Assembly (NCBI GenBank): GCA_043228905.1
Contig: JBHGNT010000016.1
Coordinates: forward strand, 496,001-560,000
Direction: 5' to 3'
Source of the DNA: Azolla caroliniana
Taxonomy: Eukaryota > Plantae > Polypodiophyta
DNA length: 64,000 bases
A program made the translations under genes and the position numbers. The notes beneath the pieces were generated by a model. That model did no database searches. It was not told the origin of the DNA and worked only from the letters and a program-made list of their open reading frames with translations. Position 1 is the first letter of the stretch, and every line of letters begins with the position of its first letter. Below are positions 53,887 through 64,000 of this stretch, in pieces.

Positions 53887-54325
53887 TGTCATGAACAGTA
53901 CTGAGACAGAGAAGGAATTAGTACTAAACCAGGATTAGTACTATGAGAGGTGTGGAACTTCTTCGAGAGAAGGAAGAAGTGAGCGAGATAGAGAGAAAGA
54001 GAGAGATCGAGAGAGAGAGTGTGTGTGTGATGATAAGAAAGATATGTATTATATGAAGAGAATATACAATGGTGGCTAAAAGGCTTAAGACTGGCGTTGA
54101 ACCAATTTGGTTCAACATAATGCCTAGTACCCTCTTTTATAGTGTTTTCAGGAGTAATCCTGAAGCTTCTAGAATGTTCCAGAGAAATCTGGAATATACA
54201 CTAATTTCCTATAATAAAATGTAAATGAAAATAATATCTTACGTATTACAATAGATGGTCTAATGGTCAAGAGCTCGTCCCATATAACCTAAGGTCATGG
54301 GTTCGAGTCTTGTCATATCATGACA
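53887..54325 (-). repeat. Gypsy 5' LTR (439 bp)
   Basis: Copy of 45865-46301 with about 8 substitutions and one extra GT unit. TATAAAA on the minus strand at 54141-54135. Confidence 0.95.
54249..54321 (+). other. tRNA-like cassette inside gypsy 5' LTR
   Basis: Same cassette; A box 54256-54266, B box from 54300. Confidence 0.6.
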
Positions 54326-56739
54326 GGTATGAACATTTCCATTTACTCACATGCTCTTATCTACACCTTCCTCAACTTTGCTTTTCTCTTCAACTCTCTA
54401 GCCCTGAGTTTAGGGTTTAGGGTCTCAATATCTTGCTTCTTCAATTCCATATCATAGCTAGCTTCATTAGCTTTGATTCGTATGTTTAACACAAAAATCA
54501 AATATCACACAAGCAGGGTATGACCATTTTCTGTTACTCACGCGCTCTTGTCTTCAACTTCCTCGAGTCTGCTTTTTTCTTCATGTCTCTCTCCATGAGT
54601 TTCAAAATCATGAATGTTCAATTCAATATCATAGGTAGCTTCGTTAGCCTCGATTCGCATGTTTGGATACAAAAATCCGATATCACACGAACCAAGTATG
54701 AACATTTTAATTTACTCACGCCTTATTGTCTACCCTCTGCCAAAAATCCGATATGACACAAGCGAGCTAGGAACATTTTCATTCACTCACGCGTTCTGGT
54801 CTACGCCCTCCTCAACTATGGCACCACATTGCTTTTTTCTTCATGTCTCTCTCCCTGAGTTACAAAATCATGATTTGTTAGCTTTGATACGCGTGTTTCA
54901 ACAAGGAAGTCCGATATCACACGAGCCAGGTATGAACATTTTTATTTACTCACGCGCTCTTGTCTACGCGCTCCACAAGTGTGGCACAACTTTGCCTTTA
55001 TCTTCATGTCTCTTTCCGTGAGTTTCAAAATCATGATTTTTCAAGTCCATATTATAGCTAGCTTCGTTAGCTTCGATTCGCATGTTTGAACAAGAATATC
55101 TGATATCACACGAGCCAAGTATGAACCTTTTCACATACTCACGCGCTCTTGTCTACGTCCTCCCCAAGTGTGGCACAACTTTCCTTTTTCCTTCATGTCT
55201 CTGTCCCTGAGTTTCAAAATCATTATTTTCAAATTCACTATTATAGCTAGCTTTGTTAGCTTCGATTCGCATGTTTGAAAAGGAAAATCTGATATGACAC
55301 GACCCAGCTAGGAACATTTTCATTCACTCACTTGGTTTGATCTACGCCCTCCTCAAGTGACGCACAACTCTGCTTTCTTCTTCATGTCCTCCTCCCAAAT
55401 TTCAAAATCATGATTTTCCAATTCCATATTATAGCTACCTTCGTTATCTTCGATTCTCATGTTTCAATACAAAAATCCGATATCACACCAGCCAGGTTTG
55501 AACATTTTCATTTACTCACGCACTCTTTTCTAGCCCTTCCCCAAGTGTGCAACAACCTTGCTTTTGTCTTCATGTCTCTCTCCCTGAGTTTCAAAATCAT
55601 TATTTTTCAATTCCATATTATAGCTAGCATCGTTTCCTTCAAGTTTCATGTTTAAACAAGAAAATGCTATATCACATGATCCAGGTATGAACATTTTCAT
55701 TTACTCATGCGGTTTGGTCTACGTCGTCCTCAAGTGTGGCAAAACTTTCTTTTTTTCTTCATATGTCTCTCCCTGAGTTTCAAAATCATTATTTTTCGGT
55801 TGGATATTATAACTAGCTTTGTTACCGTTGATTCGCATGTTTGAACACAAAAATCCAATATCACACGAGCGAGGTATGAACATTTTCAATTACTCACGCA
55901 CTCTTGTCTTCGTCTTCCTCAACTCTGCTTTCTTCTTCATGTCTCTCGCCTTGAGTTTCAATATCATGCTTTTTCAATTCCATATCAGAGCTCGCTTCGT
56001 TAGGTTCGATTCGCATGTTTGGACACAAAAATCAGATATCACACAAGCCAGGTATAAACATTTTCATTTACTCACGCGCTCTTGTCTACCCTGTGGCAAA
56101 ACTTTACTTTTTTCTTCATATCTCTTGCCCTGAGTTTTAAAATCGTACTTTTTCAATTCGATATCATAGCTAGCTTTATTAGCTTCGATTCCCATGTTTG
56201 AACAAAAAATCCGATATCACACGACCCAGGTATGAACCTTTTCATATACTCACGCGCGCTTGTCTACGCCCTCCTCAACCTTGCTTTGTTCTTCATGTCT
56301 CTCGCCCTGAGTTTCAAAATCATGATTTTTCAATTCGATATGATAGCTAGCTTCCTTATCTTTGATTCGCATGTTTGAACACAAAAATTCAATATCACAC
56401 GAGCCATGTATGAACATTTTCATTTACTCATGCGCTCTTGTCTACACCCTTCTCAACTTTGCTTTTCTCTTCATCTCTCTAGCCCTAAGTTTCAAAATCA
56501 TGATTTTTTAATTCCACATTATAGCTAGCTTTGTTAGCTTCGATTCCCATGTTTGAACACAAAAATACGATATCACACGAGCCTGGTATGAACATTTTCA
56601 TTTACTAACGCGCTCTTGTCTACCCTGTGGCAAAACTTTACTTTTTTCTTCATGTCTCTCGGCCTAAGTTTTGAATTCGTGCTTTTTTCTTCATATCTTT
56701 CGCCCTGAGTTTAAAAATCATGATTTTTGAATTCCATAT
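54326..56739 (+). repeat. Satellite array continuation (178-179 and 189-bp monomers)
   Basis: Resumes in phase after the TSD (GGTAT-GAACATTTCC). Confidence 0.95.
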
Positions 56740-57124
56740 TGTAGAAAGTAGCGTGTGGAAGCAAGTATAAAGACAGAACAGAAGGAAGAACACTCAGGTT
56801 TAATGGAGAGCTTGAGCTTACACAGTATACGCGGGAGAGACCGAGAGAGTGAGAGAGAAGACATGAAAAAAGAATGTGTGTATATTTTCTAAAGAAAAAA
56901 AACAACAACCAACATATATGTGTTCAATGAACACTTTTTACAAGTCCTAGGAGGACTGACTGAAGTACTGACAGTACTTCAATGCTCATTAAGAGCTCTT
57001 ACACTAATTCCCAAATATATTCCTCACGGAATATCTTTCCTAACGGCCTAACCGGTCGGTCCCAACCGATCCGGTCCTCGGCTTCTTCAGCCGATCCGAC
57101 CGATGTTGAGCTTGTCTCTCAACA
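56740..57124 (-). repeat. Copia-2 3' LTR (385 bp)
   Basis: Preceded on the minus strand by the PPT GAGGGGGAG (57133-57125). Confidence 0.95.
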
Positions 57125-60100
57125 CTCCCCCTCAAGCTCAACTTGAGGCTCTTCCGGATCTTCCGGATCTTCACAGCTCTGGTTCCTCCTAGCTTCACGC
57201 CTCGCTCGTGCTCCTCCACCTGTTTGACTCCGCGCGCTTCGACCCTTCCGGTCGGCTTGTCTGCTCATGTGGCCCTTATCAGCTCTTCTGCTGTTGCGGT
57301 GTCGACACTTCTTCTGCTGCCTTTTCTTCCGCTTGGGCCTCGGTTGATTCAACGTGTCTGAATCAAACATCCGAACCGACTTGGCTACCTCTGATCGGTT
57401 TTCGCTCTCGTCCGAGTTGGCTGTCTCCAACTTGTCTTCAGTCTTCTCGCCCTCGATGGCGTCATCTCCCCCATGCGTGGTTGGCTTCGGCTCTCTCCTT
57501 CGGCTGCTCCCCTTCTATCCGCTTCCGGACTTTTCCGCGGGTCCACCCTCGGCTTCTTCAACCGATCCGATGTCGAACTCGTCAACCGACTCGGTGTTGC
57601 GGATAACCGACTCGGTGTCGCAATTTCCGCTCCTTTCCTATTGCCTTGCTTGGTCATTCGGGACTGTTCTCCACCTCAAGTTCGGCACATCGAGGTGATG
57701 CAACCCGAGCGCACCTGAGAATTGCCGCAACTTGTCCAGACCAAGAGGCTTTGTGAAGATGTCGGTTGTCTGCCGATCCGTCGGCACGTACTGAAGTTCG
57801 ACTTCACCAGAAAGGACACGCTCACGGACGAAATGGTAGTGCACCTCAATGTGCTTGGTTCGTGCGTGGAAAACGGGGTTCTTCGCGAGCTGGATGCTGC
57901 TGAGGTTGTCGCAGTAGATCGTCGTCGGATCTGACACCTCCGCTTGCAGGTCCTTAAGTAGCCGCTTCAACCATATGGCTTCGCATGTCGCGACAGCCAC
58001 TCCTCGGTACTGAGCTTTAGTGCTCGATAGTGCAACTGTCGGCTACTTCTTACTGCTCCACGCGATCGCGGCACTCCCGAGGGAGAACGCGTATCCGGAC
58101 GTGGATCGGCGATCGGCGGCGTTGCCAGCCCAATCAGCATCGGTGTAGCTGACTAACTGCGCGGCTGCACCGGTCCGATATAGCAGTCCTCGGTCCTTAG
58201 TGCCACTTACGTACCGCAGTACGCGCTGCGCACACTGAAGGTACTCCTCGGTAGGTCGCGCCATGAATTGACTGATCACCCCGACCGGATAACTGAGGTC
58301 GGGTCGGGTGATGGTCAAGTATATGAGGCTTCCGACAATTTGTCGAAACCTCGTCAGGTCGCATACCTCTCCCGTATCGGGACGAAGCTTGATGGTTCTG
58401 TCCAGAGGAGTCGAGACGGACTTACAGTCGGCCATCCCGAGTTTGAAGAGCATACCCAGCATGTAATGACGTTGGCTGATCAATATGCCTTCGGGGGTAC
58501 GGATCACTTCGATCCCGAGGAAGTAATGAAGGTCCCCCAGATCCTTCATGTCGAACAATGCCGCAAGCTGGAGCTTCACGCGGTCGATTTCGCCTAGGTC
58601 GGCGCCGGTGATGACCAAGTCATCGACATATAGTAGAATACTAACCGGTCCGAGTCGACCTTTCTGGATGAACAGGGAAGAGTCCGATTTTGACGTGACA
58701 AAGCCCATCCGACGCAGTTGTTGCATGATCTTCACGTTCCAGGCACGCGGGGCTTACTTCAGTCCGTAAAGGGACTTCTTCAGTCGGCATACTGCCGAGG
58801 AGTTTGTTCCGGAGGGAAATCCGGGGGCCTGTACCATGTACACTTGTTCCTCAAGGTCACCTTGCAGGAACGCATTCTTTACATCCATTTGATGTAGGTG
58901 CCACCCCTTGGCCACGGCTACTGCGAGCAAAACACGGACGGTCGTCATTTTCGCGACCGGCGCAAATGTCTCATCGTAGTCGATGCCGTGCTTCTGCGTG
59001 TAGCCCTTTGCCGCTAGCCGAGCCTTGTACCGGTTGACCGAGCCATCGGTGTTGTACTTGACTTTGTACACCCACCTACACCCGATCGGTTTTACCCCTC
59101 TTGGTGCGTCAACCATGTCCGAGGTCTCGTTCTCCGCCAATGCATGCATCTCTTCCTCCATCGCGGCACGCCAATTTGCGTCTTTAGCCGCTTCTGCGTA
59201 GCTCTCCGGCTCACGCACTTCCGCTACACGGGTCATGTACGCATAATGATGCGCCATGTACTCGTTGTATCCGAACCGCAAAACAAGATTCTTCTGGCGG
59301 GTTGATCGGCGTAATCTCGCATTAGCCGATGTCGAGGCCTTCTCGATCGACACGGACTTCACTTTTAAAGACCCGTCACCGGTTCCCTCAAAGTCGGACT
59401 CGCGTCGGTCTAACTCGTTCCTATCCATGCCGGAATCCGACACCTTCTTCTTCCCTTTCTCTTTGCATGTAAGCCGTCTCCTCAGCTTCCTGCGCAGGGA
59501 ATGCACGGCCGAGTCTCCACTACTCGCCGATTCTTTATCGGACTGATCTTACTGACTCAGCCGTCCAATCGGTCCTCTTAACCGGAGTGAAATCGAACTC
59601 TCTTCGCGGGTCTCGATTTCAGGCTCATCCGAAGGCATCTCGGCCTCGCTGACCTCATCGTCAGAGCTCGGATTGGAGTCGGTGTTTGTAGTCGGGGGCA
59701 GGTACCAGGATGCGGACTCGTCAAACACAACGTCGCGAATGACACGCGCTTGTTTGGTGCGAGGGTTATAGCACTTATAACCCTTCTGCTCGTCCAAGTA
59801 ACCAACCAAGATGCATTTCTCGGCCTTTGCGTCCAGCTTCCTCCTTTTCTCCTTCGGTATATGCACATACGCAATGCTACCGAACACCCTCAAGTGTCGT
59901 AAGTTCGGCTTCGTTCCGAAGTATAGCTCGTGCGCCGACACCTTGTCTCCAATCCGGTTCTGGATGTATACCGCGGTCCTTACCGCCTCGGCCCAGTAGA
60001 ACTTGGGCAAGCTCTTCTCCTCCAGCATTGCCTGTGCCGCTTCCACAACTGACCGATTCTTTCTCTCGGCCATGTCGTTCTGCTCCGGCGTGTATCTACA

Positions 60101-61964
60101 ACTGAATTCGCGGCGAATTCCCATTTGTTGTAGGTAACCATTGAATTGACCAGAAAAGTACTCTTTCCCACCATCCGACCGTAGACACTTGATCTTTCGT
60201 CCCGTTTCCGTTTACACGAACCCTTTGAGGTCCCGAAAACAGTCGAAGACTTCGCTCTTCCTCTCAATGAGGTAGATCCACGTGTGCCGCGTGTGGTCAT
60301 CGATGAAGGAGACGAAATATCGGCGCCCGCCAAGACTAACGTTTTGTGCCGGCCCCCATACATCAGACTGTATAAGGTCGAGCTTGTTCCGGCTCTGGTT
60401 TCGTTCGTTTGGGAAAGGAAGTCGGTGTTGCTTCCCGAGCCGGCAGGCTTCACAAATTTGTGCCTTTCGGCCACTAAATTTGGGCAATCCGAACACTACC
60501 TGTTTCGATTGCAGATCTTGAAGCCGTTGGTGGTTGACATGACCTATCCGCTTGTGCCACAAGTCAATGTCCGACTCGGTTTTTTGTCCCTTCGCGAACA
60601 TTGCGGTGCCGCCGTCAGTGGAGTTGAGGATGAACATCCTCCCGTCTCTGCGCCCTTGCGCAATCACACGGCCTTCTTCCTCAATGAAGCACCCGAGGTG
60701 TGTAAACCGAACCTCCATCCCTTGGTCGATGATCTGTCCGACCGAGACCAAGTTTTTCGTGATTGTCGGGACGTGCAACACGTTCATGAGTCTCCCTTTC
60801 TGCCCGACATGGCTAAGGGGAACAGAGCACCCCGAGATCGGATGCGGAGTGTCGTCTCCTGTTGCGACTACTCCAGGTTGTATCGGTTTTTCAAGGTACG
60901 AGAACCACTCCTTATGGCTCGTCATGTGGTTTGACGCGCCGGAGTCTACGTACCACACCTCGTCCGATCTCGGGGTGCTCTGTTTCATTGAGTTTGCTTC
61001 GTGTCTCGTCACGAAGGCAGACCCTTCTCTGGCTCTCCCGGAGTCTTCGACGTAGTGCGATCGCTGCCGATCTCCCTTGTCGGTATGTCTGGAGCCGTTT
61101 CCGGAACCGGTTCTCTCCGAATTGGCGTGCTTCTTCCAGCACTCACTTTCCCTGTGGCCTTTCTTGCCACAGTACTACCACTCCACGATGGCCTTCCCTT
61201 GCCGGTTCTCATCGCTTCGACTCCCCCTGTTTCCGAAGGGTCCGGAGTTGCTGTCGGCATCAGTTTGGTGCCTTCTTCCTTGATCTCGTCGGCCACCTCC
61301 ATTGCGCGCCGACTCGCCTCGTCCTCCACGTCCACGAGGCCTATCTCCCTCCGTGTACAACATTCTGTTGTCGGTGTGCGTGCTTGTAGACGCACCCGCG
61401 TGGTTCTCCTCTACCAGGAGCATTGACTGTAAGTCAAAAAAGGACGGCGTATCCTCCCGGGTACACACAGCCGTTCGAAACGCTTCGAACTTCGACGCCA
61501 AACCTCCGAGACAGATCTGGACCATCTCGCTCTCCTCGATGTTCACCTCTATGGAGGCGAGGGAGTCGCAGATATCCTTGATCTTCGAGGTATAGTCTGC
61601 CACCGACAAGTCGCGTTGTCGTAGGTTGCTCAACTCCTGTCGGAGCTGAAGCTTCTTGGCTGTGGTGCTCGCAGCGAAAATCTTCTTCAGATTTTCCCAC
61701 GCACCCTTCGGCGTCTTTGCATCACGAACATAGCGCAATAGCTATTCGCCCACACACGACGCGAAGCAGTATAATACCCTGCTCGCCGATTGCTCCCATG
61801 ACGGGAAGTCTCTGTGTCGATTCGGGTGCCACGTCATTAGCTCCTTCGACATAACTCCAGTAGCCGTGCCCAAGCAGGTACTGGTGCATCTTGTAGGACC
61901 AAGACGCGTAGTTGGTTTTGTCGAGCTTCTCTGTTGGAAGCGAGCTCGCCATGCCTCTATCCAT
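57119..61964 (-). pseudogene. Copia-2 gag-pol pseudogene (one early frameshift, ~8 in-frame stops) with C-terminal extension
   Basis: KLDKTNYASW gag, (C)*YCGKKGHRESEC knuckle, WYVDSGASNHMT protease, WHKRIGH..CEAC and SDVWGP integrase, [25 protein letters not shown] and HARTKHIEVHYHFVRE RH. Fragments from ~61820 to 57119 share one frame. Confidence 0.9.
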
Positions 61965-62015
61965 CGTTCTTCTTCGTCAAGCTGTGTCGGCTGCAGAGAG
62001 GTTCTCAACCCTTGC

Positions 62016-62027
62016 GCTCTGATACCA
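62016..62027 (-). promoter_or_regulatory. PBS (tRNA-iMet)
   Basis: Plus GCTCTGATACCA = minus TGGTATCAGAGC, abutting the LTR. Confidence 0.95.
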
Positions 62028-62412
62028 TGTAGAAAGTAGCGTGCGGAAGCAAGTATAAAGACAGAACAGAAGGAAGAACACTCAGGTTTAATGGAGAGCT
62101 TGAGCTTACACAGTATACGCGGGAGAGACCGAGAGAGTGAGAGAGAAGACACCAAAAAAGAATGGGTGTATATTTTCTAAAGAAAAAAAACAACAACCAA
62201 CATATATGTGTTCAATGAACACTTTGTACAAGTCCTAGGAGGACTGACTGAAGTACTGACAGTACTTCAATGCTCATTAAGAGCTCTTACACTAATTCCC
62301 AAATATATTCCTCACGGAATATCTTTCCTAACGGCCTAACCGATCGGTCCCAACCGATCCGGTCCTCGGCTTCTTCAGCCGATCCGGCCGATGTTGAGCT
62401 TGTCTCTCAACA
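62028..62412 (-). repeat. Copia-2 5' LTR (385 bp)
   Basis: About 7 substitutions relative to the 3' LTR; directly followed by the PBS. Confidence 0.95.
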
Positions 62413-64000
62413 CATATCATAGTTAGCTTTGTTAGCTTTGATACGCATGTTTGAACACAAAAATCCGATATTACACAACCCAGGTATGAACCTTTTCATA
62501 TACTCACGCACTCTTGTGTACCCTGTGGCCAAACCTTACTTTTTTCTTCATGTCTCTCGCCCTGAGTTTCAATATCATGCTTTTTCAATTCCATATCGGA
62601 GCTCTCTTCGTTAGGTTCGATTCTCATGTTTGAACACAAATATCCGATATCACACGACCCAGGTATGAACATTTTCATTTACTCACGCGCTCTTGTCTAC
62701 TATATGGCAAAACTATACTTTTTTCTTCATATCTCTCGCCCTGAGTTTCAAAATCATGATTTTTGAATTTCATATTATAGCTAGCTTCGTTAGCTTCGAT
62801 CGCATGTTTAAAAACAAAAAATTGATGTCACTTGAACCACGTATGCCCATTTTTATATACTCACGTGCTCTTGTCTACGCCCTCCTCAACCTTGCTTTGT
62901 TCTTCATGTCTCTCGTCCATAGTTTCAAAATCATGATTTTTAAATTCCATATCATACCTAGCTTCGTTAGTTTTGATTCACATGTTTGAACACAAAAATC
63001 CAATATCACACGAGCCAAGTATGAACATTTTCATTCACTGACTCAATCTTGTCTATGCCCTCCCCAAGTGTGAAAATCATGATTCGCATGTTTGAACAAG
63101 AAAATGCGATATCACACGAGCCAGGTATGAACATTTTAATTTACTCATGCTCTCTTGTTGACACCCTCCCAAAGTCACTTGAGCCACGTATGCTACTCAC
63201 GTGCTCTTGTCTACGCCCTCGTCAACTATGCTTTTTTCTTCATGTCTCTCGCCCTGATTTTCAAAATCATTGTTTTTCAATTCCATATTATAGCTAGCTT
63301 CGTTAGCTTCGATTCTCATGTTTCAATACAACAATCCGATATCACACGAGCTAGGTATGAACATTTTCATTTACTCACGCGCTCTTGTCTAGGCCCTCCC
63401 CAAGTGCGCAACAATTTTGCTTTTGTCTTCATTTCTCTTTCCCGGAGTCTCAAAATTATGATTTTTTAATTCTATATTATCGCTAGCTTCATTAGCTTCG
63501 ATTCTCACGTTTGAACAAGGAAATCGGATATCACACGAGCCAAGTATGAACCTTTTCATATACTCACGCGTTGTTGTGTATGCCCTCCTCAAGTGTCGCA
63601 CAACTATGCTTTTTTCTTCATGTCTCCCTCCCTAACTTTCAAAATCATGATTTTCCAATTCCATATTATAGCTAGCTTCGTTAGCTTCGATTCGCATGTT
63701 TGAACAATAATATCCGATATCACACGAGCCAGGTATGAACCTTTTCATATAGTCACGCGCTCTTGTCTACGCCCTCCCCAAGTGTGGCACAATTTTTCTT
63801 TCTCCTTCATGTTTCTCTTCTTGAGTTTCAAAATCATTATTTTCCAATTCCATATTATAGCTAGCTTTGTTAGCTTCGATTTGCATGTTTGAAAAGGAAA
63901 ATTCGATATGACACGAACCAGCTAGGAACATTTTCATTCACTCACTTGGTCTGATCTACACCCTCCTCAAGTGTCGCACAACTCTACTTTTTCTTCATGT
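62413..64000 (+). repeat. Satellite array continuation (includes 189-bp monomers)
   Basis: Same conserved cores; resumes in phase after the TSD. Confidence 0.95.

Larger units (their letters stand above)
45865..54325 (-). mobile_element. Ty3/gypsy chromovirus (Tcn1-like), non-autonomous, carrying a nested copia
   Basis: Two ~98% identical LTRs bounded by TGTCATGA...TCATGACA. 5-bp TSD GGTAT at 45860-45864 and 54326-54330. RT-RH-INT-chromodomain order on the minus strand. Clade assignment is inferred from RT motifs (WGPIYNLS, SPAGAPIFFVKKKDGSLR, GDEWKTAFRTRYGHFEY). Confidence 0.93.
56740..62412 (-). mobile_element. Full-length but decayed Ty1/copia retrotransposon
   Basis: 385-bp LTRs TGTAGA...TCAACA, ~98% identical. 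TSD CATAT at 56735-56739 and 62413-62417. PBS and PPT present. All domains present on the minus strand. Confidence 0.95.

Overview
This is plant-type eukaryotic repetitive DNA with no recognisable host gene. About 46 kb is an AT-rich tandem satellite with a ~178-bp monomer (3480-45864, 54326-56739, 62413-64000). The array is built from distinct subfamily blocks, multi-kb duplications, a 1.5-kb inverted block, 189-bp variants and monomers carrying a (TTTAGGG)2 insert. Three TSD-flanked LTR retrotransposons interrupt it. (1) A minus-strand Ty3/gypsy chromovirus (45865-54325, TSD GGTAT) has lost most of gag and the protease. It has a chromodomain, a probable self-priming PBS and a tRNA-like A/B-box cassette in each LTR. 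(2) A plus-strand Tnt1/Tork-like Ty1/copia (47267-51745, TSD CAATT) is nested in the gypsy integrase and has an in-frame deletion of protease and the N-terminal integrase. (3) A minus-strand decayed Ty1/copia (56740-62412, TSD CATAT) has a pol frame extending ~180 codons past RNase H. The first 3.5 kb holds a degenerate LTR plus PBS with a hairpin-rich non-coding leader, a CT-rich tract and degenerate telomere-like repeats. The overall picture suggests a (peri)centromeric or subtelomeric satellite domain, possibly from a seed-free plant; this is inference from the Tcn1-like chromovirus. All comparisons were made by eye.
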